IMG/VR virus record: IMGVR_UViG_3300008255_000130
From: an uncultured virus (IMG/VR IMGVR_UViG_3300008255_000130)
Taxonomy: Duplodnaviria; Heunggongvirae; Uroviricota; Caudoviricetes
Strand: one strand, 5' to 3'
DNA length: 64,000 bases
In this document: positions 17,951-30,000 of the stretch, piece after piece
Layout: every line of letters starts with the position of its first letter
Numbering within the stretch: position 1 is the stretch's first letter
The notes under the pieces: model-generated
What the model was told of the DNA's origin: nothing
Database searches by the model: none
What the model saw: only the letters and a program-made list of their open reading frames with translations
Position numbers and translations under genes: made by a program

Positions 17951-20900
17951 ATGGCAGCAAAATCAACAATAGAACAGGATATCAAAGTACTTTCAAAAGA
18001 GATGAAAACTCTTGTTGGTATCTTTAGTGAAATAGCCTCTCAAAATACTAAAGTAGATAAAAGCTTTAGAAATACTACCAAAGGTGTTAGAAGTCTGGCT
18101 TCAGGCTTTCACAACATGGGTGGAAAAACTAAAGAAACAAATGCTATTTTTGAATTATTTGATGGAAATATGTTTAGTTTCGCTGCCAAATTACCTAAAT
18201 TTCTAAAAGGTCTAGGTTTAACAGCATTATCTTTCAGTGCTTTAAAATATAGAATTACAGGTTTAATTTCCGAAGCATATGCTATGAATCAACAAATGTC
18301 TTCACTTGGAGATTCGCTTACATTTTTATCAAGTGCAGGTAATGGATTAAATATTCAATTCGCTGCTTATGGTGGAAGTAAAGGTTCAATGGGCCAGGTA
18401 ACTTCTGCTCTTAGATCATTAGATACAATGGGTATAACGACAAAAAGTACATTAGTTGAACTTGGTAGTGAGTTTGCAACTCTTGAACAAATGACAGGAG
18501 TTTCGGCTGATAGTTTTGCAAAAGTTGGCGCAGGTATGCTTAAATATTTTAAATCAACTACTAAAGAAGCTAAACTGGCTACAAATGCTTTTATTAATAT
18601 GGGATTATCTGCTGGTGACTTATCAGAGACTCTAGAGAGCGCTGGTGAATTAATGAGTAAACTTGGAACACTTACAAAAATGAGTAGTAAACAAGGTGTT
18701 ATCTTTAATCAAAATTATGCGGCCGCAGTAAAAACAATGAAAGAGTTTGGTGTATCAACTAAAACTGCAAATGAATTTTTATCTAAACTTGCTGATCCTG
18801 AAAACTTTCAAGATACTGCTAAACTTTTAGGTCAACTTGGCGTACCTATGGATCAGTATTATAAGATGCTAGAAGGTGGTGAAGGTTCTATGGATAAATT
18901 TATAGAATCATCACTTGTTGGTGTAGCTGATCTTGGAAGCAAAGTTCAAAATATGTCTGCTATGGCACGTTTCAATCTTTCTAAAACATTGGGAATAAAT
19001 CCACAAATGCTTACTCAAATGGCTGGAAAGTCAGCGGCTGAAGTTAAAGGTATTCTTGCTCAGAGTAAAAAGAAAGCAGAAAGTGAAAAAATGGCAGAAG
19101 AGAAAAAAGCTCAAACTAAAGCTAATGCTGAAAGAATGGAATATCAATTTACACTTTTAAAAATGAGAGCCTTAGCTCCTATTATGGAATTTGTAAATCA
19201 ACATCTTCCTAAATATATTGCAATCATAAAATCTATTGCAGATGTAACTGCACAATTCTATAATCTTGTAATAAAACAAGTAGAAAGTAAAATGGGAACT
19301 ATAGATAAAGTTATTGGAGGCATGATAAACTTTGCTAACAAATTAACAAATGCTGGTTCTATGACAGAAATGTTCTCTATGATAGGAGAAACAGTAGGGC
19401 AAGGTGTTGGTTTGTTTTTAAGTAGTATTCTTCCAGGATTGATAACTGGTGTTGCTACTTTTATATCTGGTATAGCTGTTGGATCTGGTTCGTTACTTAA
19501 AGATGTTGGGGATTCTTTAGTTAAAGCAATACCAAAAATCAGTGAAGCTCTTCAAAAAATTATGCCAGCTGTTTTTGACGCATTCTTTACAATACTTGCA
19601 CCAGCTTTACTTAATTTATTTTGGTCTGGAATCCAACTTATGTTTACAAGTTTAAAATCAGCAATAATATCTTCTTTTTCAACAGGTTGGAAAATGATTA
19701 CTAGTGGTAATAAAATTGCTGGTATATTAACTATTCTTAGTGGTGTTGCAGTATCTATTGGTATTGCGGTAGCACTTTGGAAGACTGCAAACAATACTTG
19801 GAATACTATGAAAAGTATATGGGATAGTGGATTCAATGTAGCTAGAGGAAGCTTAAATGTTCTAAGAGCTATTCTTACTCAACTAAAAACTAATAGTGTA
19901 ACTGGTGGTGGTGGTGGTGGCGGTATAGGTGTGGATGTTCCTTCTGGTTCTGGTTCTGCTTCTGGTTCTGGTAGAAAAGGTAAGGTTGGCAAACTATCTA
20001 GAATAGCAAAAATAGCAAAAGGCGGAAAACTTGGTACTCTTCTAAAAGGAAATATGGGTAAAATTGGTGGATCAGTTCTTATGGGTGGTATTGCTATAGC
20101 TGGAGTTGCTAGTGCTGGTATGGAAAACTCACAAAGAGAAAAAGAAATAGAAGCTGGAACACAATCAAGGCTATCAGAAAAAAAAAGTTTAGCTGGAGAA
20201 GCTGCTAGTGCTGGGGGATCTTTGGTTGGTAGTTTAGCTGGTGCAAAAGCTGGAGCTATTATTGGAACTATGATTGGTGGGCCAGTTGGAACTATAGCTG
20301 GTGGAATCATAGGTGGTACTGTTGGTGCTATGGTTGGTGAAGCTGGTATAGAAATGTTAAAAGGTAATAGAAAAAAGAGTGAACAAGAAATGAGAAATGA
20401 AGAAGTCTTGTTTAAATCTAGAATGAATTTTAAAAATCAACTTGAGATAAAAGAAGAAAAAGAATTAAAAAGAAAAGTAGCTGCTGGCAAAACTCTTACT
20501 AAACTTGAGAAAATCCGTTTGAAAGAATTAGCTGCAAAACAATTAGAAAATAATTTATCTGCAAGCTCAAAAGATTTACTTAATAGAAGAGATGCTATAG
20601 CAAGTCCTTTAGCAGATGGTAGAATGTTCGGTGCTATACAAGGAAGAGGTGTAGATGCTTTAAATACATCTGGTGGTAGTAGAAGTCAAAATAATACTGG
20701 AAAAGGCTTTGAGAGACAAATGGGTGCTTTTGCAGAAAGTATTAAAACACTTGATGAAAAAGATAAAATAAGTGCAGCTCTTTTTACAGCAGATAAAATG
20801 GAAGCTGCGGCTATAGCTAAGAAAGAAAAAGAACTTAAAGCCAAAGGAATGGAAGGTGATGCCCTTACTCAAGCCATGGAGAAATTCAAAAATAGTGATG

Positions 20901-21445
20901 AAGTACAAAATGCTAAACTAATAGGACAAATGAAACTATTGGGAAGAGCTGGTTTATCTAACGATAAGGCTTTAGGCGTAATAGGAGATAGTATAGTACA
21001 TACTTCTAGAGAACAACTTTTCTCACAAGATAGATGGGGAGAAGTTCAGAATGATGTTCAACAGGGAATATTAAAAAGAAATTCTAAGGGTAACTGGGAA
21101 TTAAAAAATATTAAAGAAATTGCTCAAGCAGAAATGGCTTTAAATAAATTGAAAGCTGCGGCGGATATAAAAAATTCTTTATTGGGACGAATGTTTAGTT
21201 CCGATAAAGAAAGAAAAAAGGCTAATGATGCCGTATTGGCGTCGGCGGAAAAATTAGAAAAACTTAAGGAAGATACTTCTGCTAAGTTGGATGAAGAAGA
21301 AAAAAGATTGAGAGTGAAGTATTATAAAGGTGGTATTGGTTTTCATGAAAGAGATAAGAATAAAGATACAAAACCAGCTATGCTTTCTCTTAGAAATGGT
21401 CTTAAAAATAAAAGAATTGATTTAGGTAAGGTGAGTGCAGTATAA
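17951..21445 (+). CDS. tail tape measure protein
   Basis: 1164 aa, A/G/S/K-rich helical, hydrophobic segments, glycine-zipper repeats; tail module context. Confidence 0.85.
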   Translation: MAAKSTIEQDIKVLSKEMKTLVGIFSEIASQNTKVDKSFRNTTKGVRSLASGFHNMGGKTKETNAIFELFDGNMFSFAAKLPKFLKGLGLTALSFSALKYRITGLISEAYAMNQQMSSLGDSLTFLSSAGNGLNIQFAAYGGSKGSMGQVTSALRSLDTMGITTKSTLVELGSEFATLEQMTGVSADSFAKVGAGMLKYFKSTTKEAKLATNAFINMGLSAGDLSETLESAGELMSKLGTLTKMSSKQGVIFNQNYAAAVKTMKEFGVSTKTANEFLSKLADPENFQDTAKLLGQLGVPMDQYYKMLEGGEGSMDKFIESSLVGVADLGSKVQNMSAMARFNLSKTLGINPQMLTQMAGKSAAEVKGILAQSKKKAESEKMAEEKKAQTKANAERMEYQFTLLKMRALAPIMEFVNQHLPKYIAIIKSIADVTAQFYNLVIKQVESKMGTIDKVIGGMINFANKLTNAGSMTEMFSMIGETVGQGVGLFLSSILPGLITGVATFISGIAVGSGSLLKDVGDSLVKAIPKISEALQKIMPAVFDAFFTILAPALLNLFWSGIQLMFTSLKSAIISSFSTGWKMITSGNKIAGILTILSGVAVSIGIAVALWKTANNTWNTMKSIWDSGFNVARGSLNVLRAILTQLKTNSVTGGGGGGGIGVDVPSGSGSASGSGRKGKVGKLSRIAKIAKGGKLGTLLKGNMGKIGGSVLMGGIAIAGVASAGMENSQREKEIEAGTQSRLSEKKSLAGEAASAGGSLVGSLAGAKAGAIIGTMIGGPVGTIAGGIIGGTVGAMVGEAGIEMLKGNRKKSEQEMRNEEVLFKSRMNFKNQLEIKEEKELKRKVAAGKTLTKLEKIRLKELAAKQLENNLSASSKDLLNRRDAIASPLADGRMFGAIQGRGVDALNTSGGSRSQNNTGKGFERQMGAFAESIKTLDEKDKISAALFTADKMEAAAIAKKEKELKAKGMEGDALTQAMEKFKNSDEVQNAKLIGQMKLLGRAGLSNDKALGVIGDSIVHTSREQLFSQDRWGEVQNDVQQGILKRNSKGNWELKNIKEIAQAEMALNKLKAAADIKNSLLGRMFSSDKERKKANDAVLASAEKLEKLKEDTSAKLDEEEKRLRVKYYKGGIGFHERDKNKDTKPAMLSLRNGLKNKRIDLGKVSAV

Positions 21446-21448
21446 AAT

Positions 21449-22324
21449 ATGAAAGATATGAAAGGATATTTTGGTCTTGGGCCAAACAATAATAATACAG
21501 TACCAGGTGATGCTAATCTCATGGGATTTATCATTCAAGGCGAAACACCTATTGATAATAGAAGATTAATAAATCATATACCTTTCCAATACATTGAGAA
21601 AGTTCCAAACTGGACTAAAGAGGCAATGTACGAAGAGACTCAAATACCTGGTAGATTTGAAAATATTTATTCTTATAATCAATCTAGTAATAATAATATT
21701 GATCTTCAAATTTTATATTATGCAGAGAAAGATGATCCTTATGATCCTATATTAAAAGTAGAAGACAATAGAGGAAATAGTAAATCTACTTTTAGAGATT
21801 TGAATAACATTCAAAAAAACGCACAATCAGATTTCAGAAAAGGGATAGCCGATAATCCTCCTACAAGTCAACAAGATTTAGAGAATAGATTTGCCAATAC
21901 TCTTAGTGATGTAAAAGCTTTATCTGCAAATAGAATTAATGAATTTATAAATAAAAATGGTTTCGGTACTAAGCCTGTATTTGAAACTCATTGGAGTATT
22001 CAAAAAATACTTGTTTACATTCAAAGATTAAAATCTCTTACGTTTCCAGAGTATGATGGTTTATATTCTCCACCAAAAAGTTTGCTTCTGAATATTGGTG
22101 AGACATGGTGGGATGTGCCAGTAATTATTAAATCTATAAGTATTGAACATAATGCACCTTTTGATATTAAAAATGCATTGAGTAGATTTTATATTGTAAA
22201 TTTAACTATTTCTACAAGTTATCCGATGTATCAAGCAATATCTGCTAGTAGTGTTTTCAATTCGAGAACTAATGAAGTATTTGCAAGAAAAACTTATAAT
22301 CTAGCAAGACAAGGAATACAATAA
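21449..22324 (+). CDS. baseplate tube-initiator (gp48/gp54-like) protein
   Basis: PGRFENIYSY...LKSLTFPEY...PP..LLLNIG...VIIKSISIEH; follows tape measure. Confidence 0.7.
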   Translation: MKDMKGYFGLGPNNNNTVPGDANLMGFIIQGETPIDNRRLINHIPFQYIEKVPNWTKEAMYEETQIPGRFENIYSYNQSSNNNIDLQILYYAEKDDPYDPILKVEDNRGNSKSTFRDLNNIQKNAQSDFRKGIADNPPTSQQDLENRFANTLSDVKALSANRINEFINKNGFGTKPVFETHWSIQKILVYIQRLKSLTFPEYDGLYSPPKSLLLNIGETWWDVPVIIKSISIEHNAPFDIKNALSRFYIVNLTISTSYPMYQAISASSVFNSRTNEVFARKTYNLARQGIQ

Positions 22325-22614
22325 TGTTTTTAAATGAATTTTCATACGAAATCATAGATAAAGTAGATTCTAGAGTATATGAAAGCGTAGCATATCACCC
22401 AAAATTTCCTATAGAGGGATATAGTAATTATACAATAAGAATTGAAGAACAATATAGAGCAGATAAGATAGCTTATAAATTCTTTCAAGATGCTAGTCTT
22501 TCTTGGGTGCTAGATGTAGCAAATAATTTTAAGCATGGTTTTAAAGAATATACAGAAGGTAGAGTAATAAAAATACCAACTAATGAAGTTCTTAGATTAA
22601 TGAAAATAATATGA
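22324..22614 (+). CDS. baseplate wedge gp53/LysM-like protein
   Basis: YRADKIAYKFFQDASLSWVLDVAN...VIKIP. Confidence 0.8.
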   Translation: MFLNEFSYEIIDKVDSRVYESVAYHPKFPIEGYSNYTIRIEEQYRADKIAYKFFQDASLSWVLDVANNFKHGFKEYTEGRVIKIPTNEVLRLMKII

Positions 22615-24056
22615 AAAATATAGATGTTGAAATAGATTTTTTTGAAGAAACAATATCTGGTACAGATAAATACTTACAAGAAAAAAAAACTACTAAAAAT
22701 GATTATAGTAGAATAGACTTTTGTAAAGTAATATCTGTAGGAGAAGTTGAAGGATACTCAATAGTCTATTTCAGAATTACTTCTAGACCAGATACGGGAT
22801 TTTCTAATAGATTAGAAAATATGCTGGAAGCAAATCTTGCAGAAGACATAAGTCCTCCTGCTCCTGGAAGCACAGGGATAGTTGCTGGAATATATGGTAA
22901 TGGTTCTGGTGATAAATTTGTTTATCTTGCTACTCTGATGCAAGGTAACGATAATACAAAAAACTTTCAAGAAACAACTAGAAAAGAACCGAACGATTTC
23001 TTAATACAAAAACAACACTCAGGACTTCATTTATCTGGTGTAAAAAATTATGCAAGATTTTCAAACTCAAGTTGTGCTATGGTTTTCGATAGAAGTAAAG
23101 TAAGCATCGGTGACAAACAAAACAATTATGGTCTAACAGTTGATACAGACACTATAAGTTTAAAAACAAATGAAAATGTAAATCAACTGGTAATGAGTAA
23201 GACAGGAGCTTTAATTTCTTCTCGACAACAAATAACTTTAGCTACCAATGGTGATTTGAATTTAATAGGAAAAAATATTAGATTTAAAAGTATTGACTCA
23301 CTTGAAGATCCTGAAGAAGATGCTTTACCTTATGTTTCAAATGATAAGAATCATATTCACGGAGTATCGAGTAAATATGAAATAAGTTCTGGTTATTACG
23401 GTGTCAAAGTTCTTTCAAAAAACATTGCCACTTACAATCCACTGATAAATCCTATTTCTCCTAAGCCATCTTATGTAATAGATATTTTAGAAGGTGGCAG
23501 TCAATTTAATATAGGCTCAGGAGATTTTGAGGTTAACCTTCTAAACTCTGCTCCATTCATAGGTTCCGGATTTAAAGTAAACATTGGTACGATACCTTTT
23601 CTAAATTCTTCTGAAATGATATTGGAGACTGGAAATTTTGAAGTAACTACATCTCTAGTTCCAGGGGCTTTGGCTAGTTACTGTACACTTTTAATGGATA
23701 CTACAACTACGCCGAAAATCAAGATGGGATATCATGCTGTAAAAGGTATGATGTTATCTGGTTTTGAGGCTACCACTTCAAAAGTTCTTATGTCTTATGG
23801 CCCATTTGGTATGAATTCTATTACTATTAAACCTACTGGAATAACTATAGGTGCTATGTACGGGGCAAGAACAGAAAAGATGGTACTTGGAGAATCTTTA
23901 ATGACACAATTAGGAGTTATAATGGATTTGATTTCTGCTATTACAGTAATCACAGCAGTTGGGCCAAGTAGTCCCCCTGTAAACTCTGCAATGTTTCAAA
24001 TGCAAAAGGCTATATTAAAACTAAAATGTTTATCATTTTTTAACAAAAATAATTAA
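22611..24056 (+). CDS. baseplate central spike (gp5/gpV-like)
   Basis: OB-like N-terminus, beta-repeat middle, C-terminal MVLGESL...TAVGPSSPPVN. Confidence 0.7.
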   Translation: MKNIDVEIDFFEETISGTDKYLQEKKTTKNDYSRIDFCKVISVGEVEGYSIVYFRITSRPDTGFSNRLENMLEANLAEDISPPAPGSTGIVAGIYGNGSGDKFVYLATLMQGNDNTKNFQETTRKEPNDFLIQKQHSGLHLSGVKNYARFSNSSCAMVFDRSKVSIGDKQNNYGLTVDTDTISLKTNENVNQLVMSKTGALISSRQQITLATNGDLNLIGKNIRFKSIDSLEDPEEDALPYVSNDKNHIHGVSSKYEISSGYYGVKVLSKNIATYNPLINPISPKPSYVIDILEGGSQFNIGSGDFEVNLLNSAPFIGSGFKVNIGTIPFLNSSEMILETGNFEVTTSLVPGALASYCTLLMDTTTTPKIKMGYHAVKGMMLSGFEATTSKVLMSYGPFGMNSITIKPTGITIGAMYGARTEKMVLGESLMTQLGVIMDLISAITVITAVGPSSPPVNSAMFQMQKAILKLKCLSFFNKNN

Positions 24057-24057
24057 G

Positions 24058-24612
24058 ATGGCAGGTACAGCACAAGATTCATTATTTCTAACTCAAATCG
24101 AAGCATACTTCAACACTGGTGCTTCAAGTGGGGCTATACCTTTTTCACTTTCTGGTATAATATCAAATTATGTTAATACGACAACAGATGGATACAACAA
24201 TGCTTTTCTAGGTTTTACAGGAAATGAATTCGGACTGAAGGCCGCACTATCCTCAAGTCCAGACCCAACAGGGAGTAGTACAGCTAGCAATTATTCTACA
24301 GGAACAGTATTAGCTTTTACTGGTAAATTGTTAGCCGTAACCAACCCAGCCGAGAGTCCTCCTTATGTACCTATTATAAATCAAATAATATCTCCACCCT
24401 CATCAACAGTAGCAGAGTGGATGAAAGTTTTTAGTTCTAATTTAAAATTGTTTTCTATGATGGGGAAACCAGGAAATACAATAGCTAATAAATATTTAGC
24501 ATTAGGTTATTTGGCTGCATTAAAAAAAGCAATACAAACTGTAACTACAGAATTTACATCTGTTCACTCTATAGTTGGAACAGTATCTAAAATACCAGGA
24601 TCAATATCATGA
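24058..24612 (+). CDS. putative baseplate/spike-associated protein
   Basis: 184-aa ORF in baseplate operon. Confidence 0.6.
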   Translation: MAGTAQDSLFLTQIEAYFNTGASSGAIPFSLSGIISNYVNTTTDGYNNAFLGFTGNEFGLKAALSSSPDPTGSSTASNYSTGTVLAFTGKLLAVTNPAESPPYVPIINQIISPPSSTVAEWMKVFSSNLKLFSMMGKPGNTIANKYLALGYLAALKKAIQTVTTEFTSVHSIVGTVSKIPGSIS

Positions 24613-24884
24613 ATGAAAAAATAGAAAAAATAGAATTGTTGGGTGATGAAGAAAAAACTCTTCTAGAACAAACCGTTGAAGTTATGAAAGAAACCGTGAA
24701 ACTCAGTGAAGAAAGAATGAGACAGATTGAAGCAGAAATTAAATCATTCGATAAGAATAGTTCAAATATACAAGAATTGCTTACAAAATTTAATGACTTT
24801 AAAAATACAAATATTATTGATAGACAAAAAAATATCAATGAAAAATTAAAAAAATATCAAGAATACATGGCTAAAAAACAATGA
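24609..24884 (+). CDS. coiled-coil hypothetical protein
   Basis: ATGA overlap; heptad-rich. Confidence 0.7.
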   Translation: MNEKIEKIELLGDEEKTLLEQTVEVMKETVKLSEERMRQIEAEIKSFDKNSSNIQELLTKFNDFKNTNIIDRQKNINEKLKKYQEYMAKKQ

Positions 24885-26608
24885 GTGCAGAAGATGATCT
24901 ATTAACAGAACTTAGTTCCAAAGAAGTAGTCCAACAACTAGATGGACCAAGATGGACTGTGGCTAGAATTAAACTGAAAACTAAAGAACTAGATCAGGTG
25001 CGTACAGTTATCAAAAATGTAAAGCAAGTTCTTAGTAAAGTGAGATCAGTACTTTCAGCTATTAAAAAGTTTTCTAGAATTTTATCTTTAATAGAAGAAT
25101 TACTTACTGACCCAATACAAGCAATAGCAAAGAAAATAATATCTACTATTGAAAATGCACTTAAATCCATAGGATCAAGTGGATTTTATTTTTTGAATAC
25201 TCTTGATTACACAAGAATCAATATACCAATTTCTGTAACTACAGTTCCTAAAAAAGAAAAAGGAACATTCTCACAACAAGTTTTAAATTCAAATATACCG
25301 TTCACAGCTTTTATACAATATATAGCCGAGTCTCTTGGAGCGGAAGAAGTTGTTAATGATCCTCAATATTCAGTTGGTGCCAATCTAGAACAGACAAAAG
25401 AAAAAGTTAAATTATATACTCAATCTAGTGAAGATTCAGCAGATGCTTTTTTCCCAAATCCTTCAAGTATAGAGATCAATGGTAAAGTTTTTAGTCTTGG
25501 TAATCATAGGCCTATTACATATAATGAATGGATTTATGCAATAGCAGAGGCTTTTATTGATCCACTTGATATACCTCCTAGTTCATTTAGTGGAGAATAT
25601 GCTAGAGTGGCAGAAGCGGATTCAGAAACATTACAAGAGAAAAAAGCTAGAGGTGATATTTTTAGTAGTCTATTTCAAGATAACTTGTATGTAGGTAAAT
25701 CTGGCTGGACTCCAGGACTTATAAAAACAGGAAAACCTTTTATAGAAGTTGGAACTAAAGTAGATATACTAATACTAGGCATGGCATTTCCAGATATAAA
25801 GGCAATGGTATCTAATGCAAACATTTTAAATAGAATGTTTCAATCTATTTTTATACCCAAAGATATACAAAAAGCAGATACTATAGAACAAGCTTGGGAT
25901 AATACAGGAAAGAGTCTAGAAGAAACTAAAGAAGAAATTAAAAAATCAACAGAAACTATTGTAGATGATATCAAAGATTGGTGGGCCTCTGATTTGGTTA
26001 AATCTTCTAATTCTAGAATGTTTCCGGGTGGGTTAAAAAATTATGTAGAATCTTACAAGAGTTCTCAGAATTTAATACCTGGTGGTGCTGAGCCAGATTT
26101 TTATGGTATCAATGTTCGTTCTTTATTCCAAGAACAGTTTGTATTTCTTGAAAAAATCTTATATGATGCAAAGAATTTTTATTCACCTACAATATCAATG
26201 GGTGATTTGATTACAGGATATATAGATAAATTAGATCGAGAACTAAGATATATTGAATCTTTTTTAAAACAAATAGAAATAGTTATAGAAGATATTCTTG
26301 CTTTATTGTTGATAAACATATCTATTTTAAAAATATCAACTACAGGTGGCGAACAAGATATTTACGATCAGATTGTAAATTCTAAAGATTTTCCAACTAA
26401 TGGTTCTCAAAGACCATATTATCATATTGGTTTTGTTTTTTGTTCAGTATTGCCTACTGCAAATTCTCAAAGTATTAATGATACAAGAAACATTAATTTA
26501 AACAAATATTGGGAAGAAACACAGAAAGAATATGATACTTCTTTGAAAGAAGAAGTGACTAATTTAAACAATGGAGTTCAGGATTTACAGAAAATATTAG
26601 GAATTTAA
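24881..26608 (+). CDS. hypothetical virion/baseplate protein
   Basis: 575-aa ORF with amphipathic helical ends, in baseplate operon. Confidence 0.65.
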   Translation: MSAEDDLLTELSSKEVVQQLDGPRWTVARIKLKTKELDQVRTVIKNVKQVLSKVRSVLSAIKKFSRILSLIEELLTDPIQAIAKKIISTIENALKSIGSSGFYFLNTLDYTRINIPISVTTVPKKEKGTFSQQVLNSNIPFTAFIQYIAESLGAEEVVNDPQYSVGANLEQTKEKVKLYTQSSEDSADAFFPNPSSIEINGKVFSLGNHRPITYNEWIYAIAEAFIDPLDIPPSSFSGEYARVAEADSETLQEKKARGDIFSSLFQDNLYVGKSGWTPGLIKTGKPFIEVGTKVDILILGMAFPDIKAMVSNANILNRMFQSIFIPKDIQKADTIEQAWDNTGKSLEETKEEIKKSTETIVDDIKDWWASDLVKSSNSRMFPGGLKNYVESYKSSQNLIPGGAEPDFYGINVRSLFQEQFVFLEKILYDAKNFYSPTISMGDLITGYIDKLDRELRYIESFLKQIEIVIEDILALLLINISILKISTTGGEQDIYDQIVNSKDFPTNGSQRPYYHIGFVFCSVLPTANSQSINDTRNINLNKYWEETQKEYDTSLKEEVTNLNNGVQDLQKILGI

Positions 26609-26646
26609 AAAACTTTTTATTATCTTTTAATTAAAAATACACTAGA

Positions 26647-27018
26647 ATGAAAGGTTTAAATACTGTAGTAAATCCAATAAAAATCTCAGAAGGCGGACAA
26701 TTAGTTGTAGCTAGACATGAGAGAAGAATGTTCACTGAATACAACTCTGTTTTGGGAGAACCTCAATTCGGATCACCCATACCTTATCTTATGTATGAAG
26801 AAGCTACAGAAGGTTTAGCAAGAGAAACCCTAAGAGAAGTAGAAAGAATACTGCTTAATGATACTGAAATTTTATTAGAAGACTTGGAAGTTAGGTTGGT
26901 ACCAATAGCTGATAATGGAATAGAGAATATGCTTTTAGAAATAAATTACAATTTTAGATTAATAATACAGCCTACAGAAAAAATAAATGTTAGATTCTTT
27001 AGGATTGCGGAGCTTTAA
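26647..27018 (+). CDS. gp25: baseplate wedge/sheath initiator, gp25-like
   Basis: SVLGEPQFGSPIPYLMYE; size; precedes gp6-like gene. Confidence 0.75.
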   Translation: MKGLNTVVNPIKISEGGQLVVARHERRMFTEYNSVLGEPQFGSPIPYLMYEEATEGLARETLREVERILLNDTEILLEDLEVRLVPIADNGIENMLLEINYNFRLIIQPTEKINVRFFRIAEL

Positions 27019-27021
27019 ACA

Positions 27022-30000
27022 ATGTCAAATCAATTAATACCACTTACCTCAATAGGTATACCTTCTTTAGTAAATTTTGTTAAAGAAGATATGAATGAAG
27101 AACTAATAACTCAAATTCAAAATCATCCGGATTGGGATGAAATTTGGGATGGTCAACTTTTAGAAAATTCTTCTTTTGCTATCATAAACTTTTTTACTTA
27201 TATTGCAACTAAATTAAAAGAAGGTGTAAATAGAGGAATAAAAGAGAACTTCTTTGTTTCTGCAAACGATCCTCAATCAATTATAAACGGTTTATTATCT
27301 TATGGTTTATCTACAAAACAAAACACATCTTCAGTAGTTGAGGTAACTGGTGAGGTTCAAAATGATTTTATATTTGAAGATTTGATTATAGCACAAGGAA
27401 CTAAACTTAGTGGTAGAGATTTAGATGGTAACTCAGGTTCTTTTGAAATATATAATGTAAACAATGATGATTCTATTAATTATAGAACACCAGTAATTAT
27501 TGAAAGTACAAATGCAAAGAAAACTAGATTCACAGTAAAAGCATTCTCAGGAGTTACACAAAAGAAAGTAATTACACTACCGAGTTATAATTATGAAAGA
27601 TTTACTATAAGTGATTTTGAAAGTGAAGTAATAGATGATAATATAGAAATTTGGTTTGATATAGATGGAGTTAGCCCTACTAAGCTTATAAGAACAGATT
27701 CTTTCAAGATTCCAAAGAGTTATGATAGTAATTTTACTATTTCTAACTCTACTGGTATACCAATGTATAAAGTTCAGTTTGATGATACTGGTTCTATGTT
27801 TCTTATATTTGGTACTCAAACTTTTGGTGGATATTTTCCATCATCTATAAGTGCAAATAAAAATCTTACAATTTTCTATAGAACAGGTGGCGGTAGACTA
27901 ACAAATATTTCAAAAGGTGCTATCAATCAAACTTTAACTTTTGCAGCCAGTTCAAGAAATTTAAACATAGCTTTTACAAACTTTTCAAATGCTTCTGGTG
28001 GTGGAGATAGATTAGACCTTGCTGAAGAACAGTTTTATGCTCCTTATAAATTTGGTAAAGATAAATCTATAGTGGGTGATATTGATGCTTTTTATGAATT
28101 ATCAAATGTAGCTATTCATCATGAACTAGATTCACCAAAATATTCAGAAACAGATAAAAAAGTAAATATCCTGCACTACAATAATTATATAGTGCCTTTT
28201 AGAGGATTTAGTAATTTCGTATTTCCTACAGTTGAACCAACTGATACTGTAGATACTTATAATGAAAAATTTATCATAGCTCTAAATAAATATCTAAATG
28301 TAGATAAAATTCATGATGGCTCTCTTGAAGAAGAAGTGGCCTCAGAATTTGTTACTCCAGTAGGAGGGATCGCTGAAAAAGAATACTATCTAGAGCTTAA
28401 AAAACCAATGAATGCTTCTGTAACTGCTTTTGCTACAGCACCAAATAATCTAGAAAAGATTGTCGATAAGATTTCTTTTACTGCTAATTATAGTGGCTCT
28501 ACTCTTCAACCAGATTTACCAATTAATAAAGCTAGAATAAAATCACCTAATATAATTAGAACACTTAATATAACAACACCAACTTATTTAAGAATAGCAT
28601 TCGATGAAATAGCTTCAACTATAGGTGGAGATATAGGTGGTCAATTTGTAGATGTTATTATAGATGTAGCAAATTATGGACTTGATACTCAAGATAAAGC
28701 TACATTGTTTGCAGAAACAATCAATAATGCTTTAGCAGGAGAAATATATCTTAGAAATTTCAATCATGAATTTTGTTATATAGATGATGAAGGTTACTTG
28801 ATATTAGAATCAGCTATAGTAGGTGAACTATCTAAAGTTAGAGTAGTTCAAGTTGAAAACCAACAAAATCTTTTTGATATACTTGGTATAGAATATGGAT
28901 CAGTTACTCCAGAAGGATATTCTCAGAGAGTATTCAAACAAGATACAAACTACGATCACGATCAATCTAAGATAGATTTTAAATTAAATGCAAGTTTAAT
29001 AGATAAAACAAATATTTTTGAAGAAATATTACCATCTGCTTGGCCTGATACTTCTTCTGTTAAAGGGCCAATAGCTGAAATGATTTTACTAGATGAGAAT
29101 GATAATGTAATTGCTCTTCTTGAAGGACAAACTATTGTTGTAACACTTGAACAAGATAGTATTCCTAGAGCTACAGTAACATTTAATAATATCTCTAGTA
29201 ATAGTATTAATGTTGGAGTTCCAGCTAATCTAACTGCTATTGATTTTGTAGATGAAAATATAAATGCTGTTCATACATTAGATTTTGCTAATTCAAAATT
29301 ATTAGTTCAAATGGCAGAAAATAATGGAACAGGTTTAATTCCTTTAACTGCAAGTTCTTTAATCGGAAATAAAAACTTAACTATTAATCTACCTCGAATA
29401 ACTAATTTATTTGTTGGTCAGAAAGTAGAATCAGCAATATTTGGTATAAAAAATATTAAAGCTATTGTTGGCTTAAATATAGAATACGATAACTTTAATG
29501 ATACATTACAAAATTTAACTCAAAATCTTCCGATTAATTCTGAAGTTGATTTCACTACTAAACTATATGTTTATGGTCAAACTGGTAATACGAGTCTTCA
29601 AATAAATCCTTTATTTGCCAAGTTACCAGTTAGTTTAATAAACAACAAAGCAAATATAACATCTTCAAATCTAGCTGGTGGTACAAAAATTCTATCTTTT
29701 GATTCTGTTTTGAGAAAATTAACAGTTAGTAATCCGGCTATAGAAACTCTTTATAACAAAGAAGCAGTAGTAAATTTTAATTCTTATGTTAAAAGATTTG
29801 ATACTGGTGAAACTACTTTTAAAGTCGGTAGAAATATTAATAGTTACTTTAACGATTATGAAATATTAATGAGTGCTTCATGGATTCCATTTACTAAAAC
29901 TGTTTCTAATAATTTTAGAGCTACTGGTTATCCATCAACAAATGAACATAATAAATTATTTGAAGCTAGAAGAAAACATACACTTTTAAATAATATAACA

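Noticed and set aside
19904..19972. (GGT)n and TCTGGT repeats in tape measure
   Set aside because: Ordinary Gly/Ser linker coding
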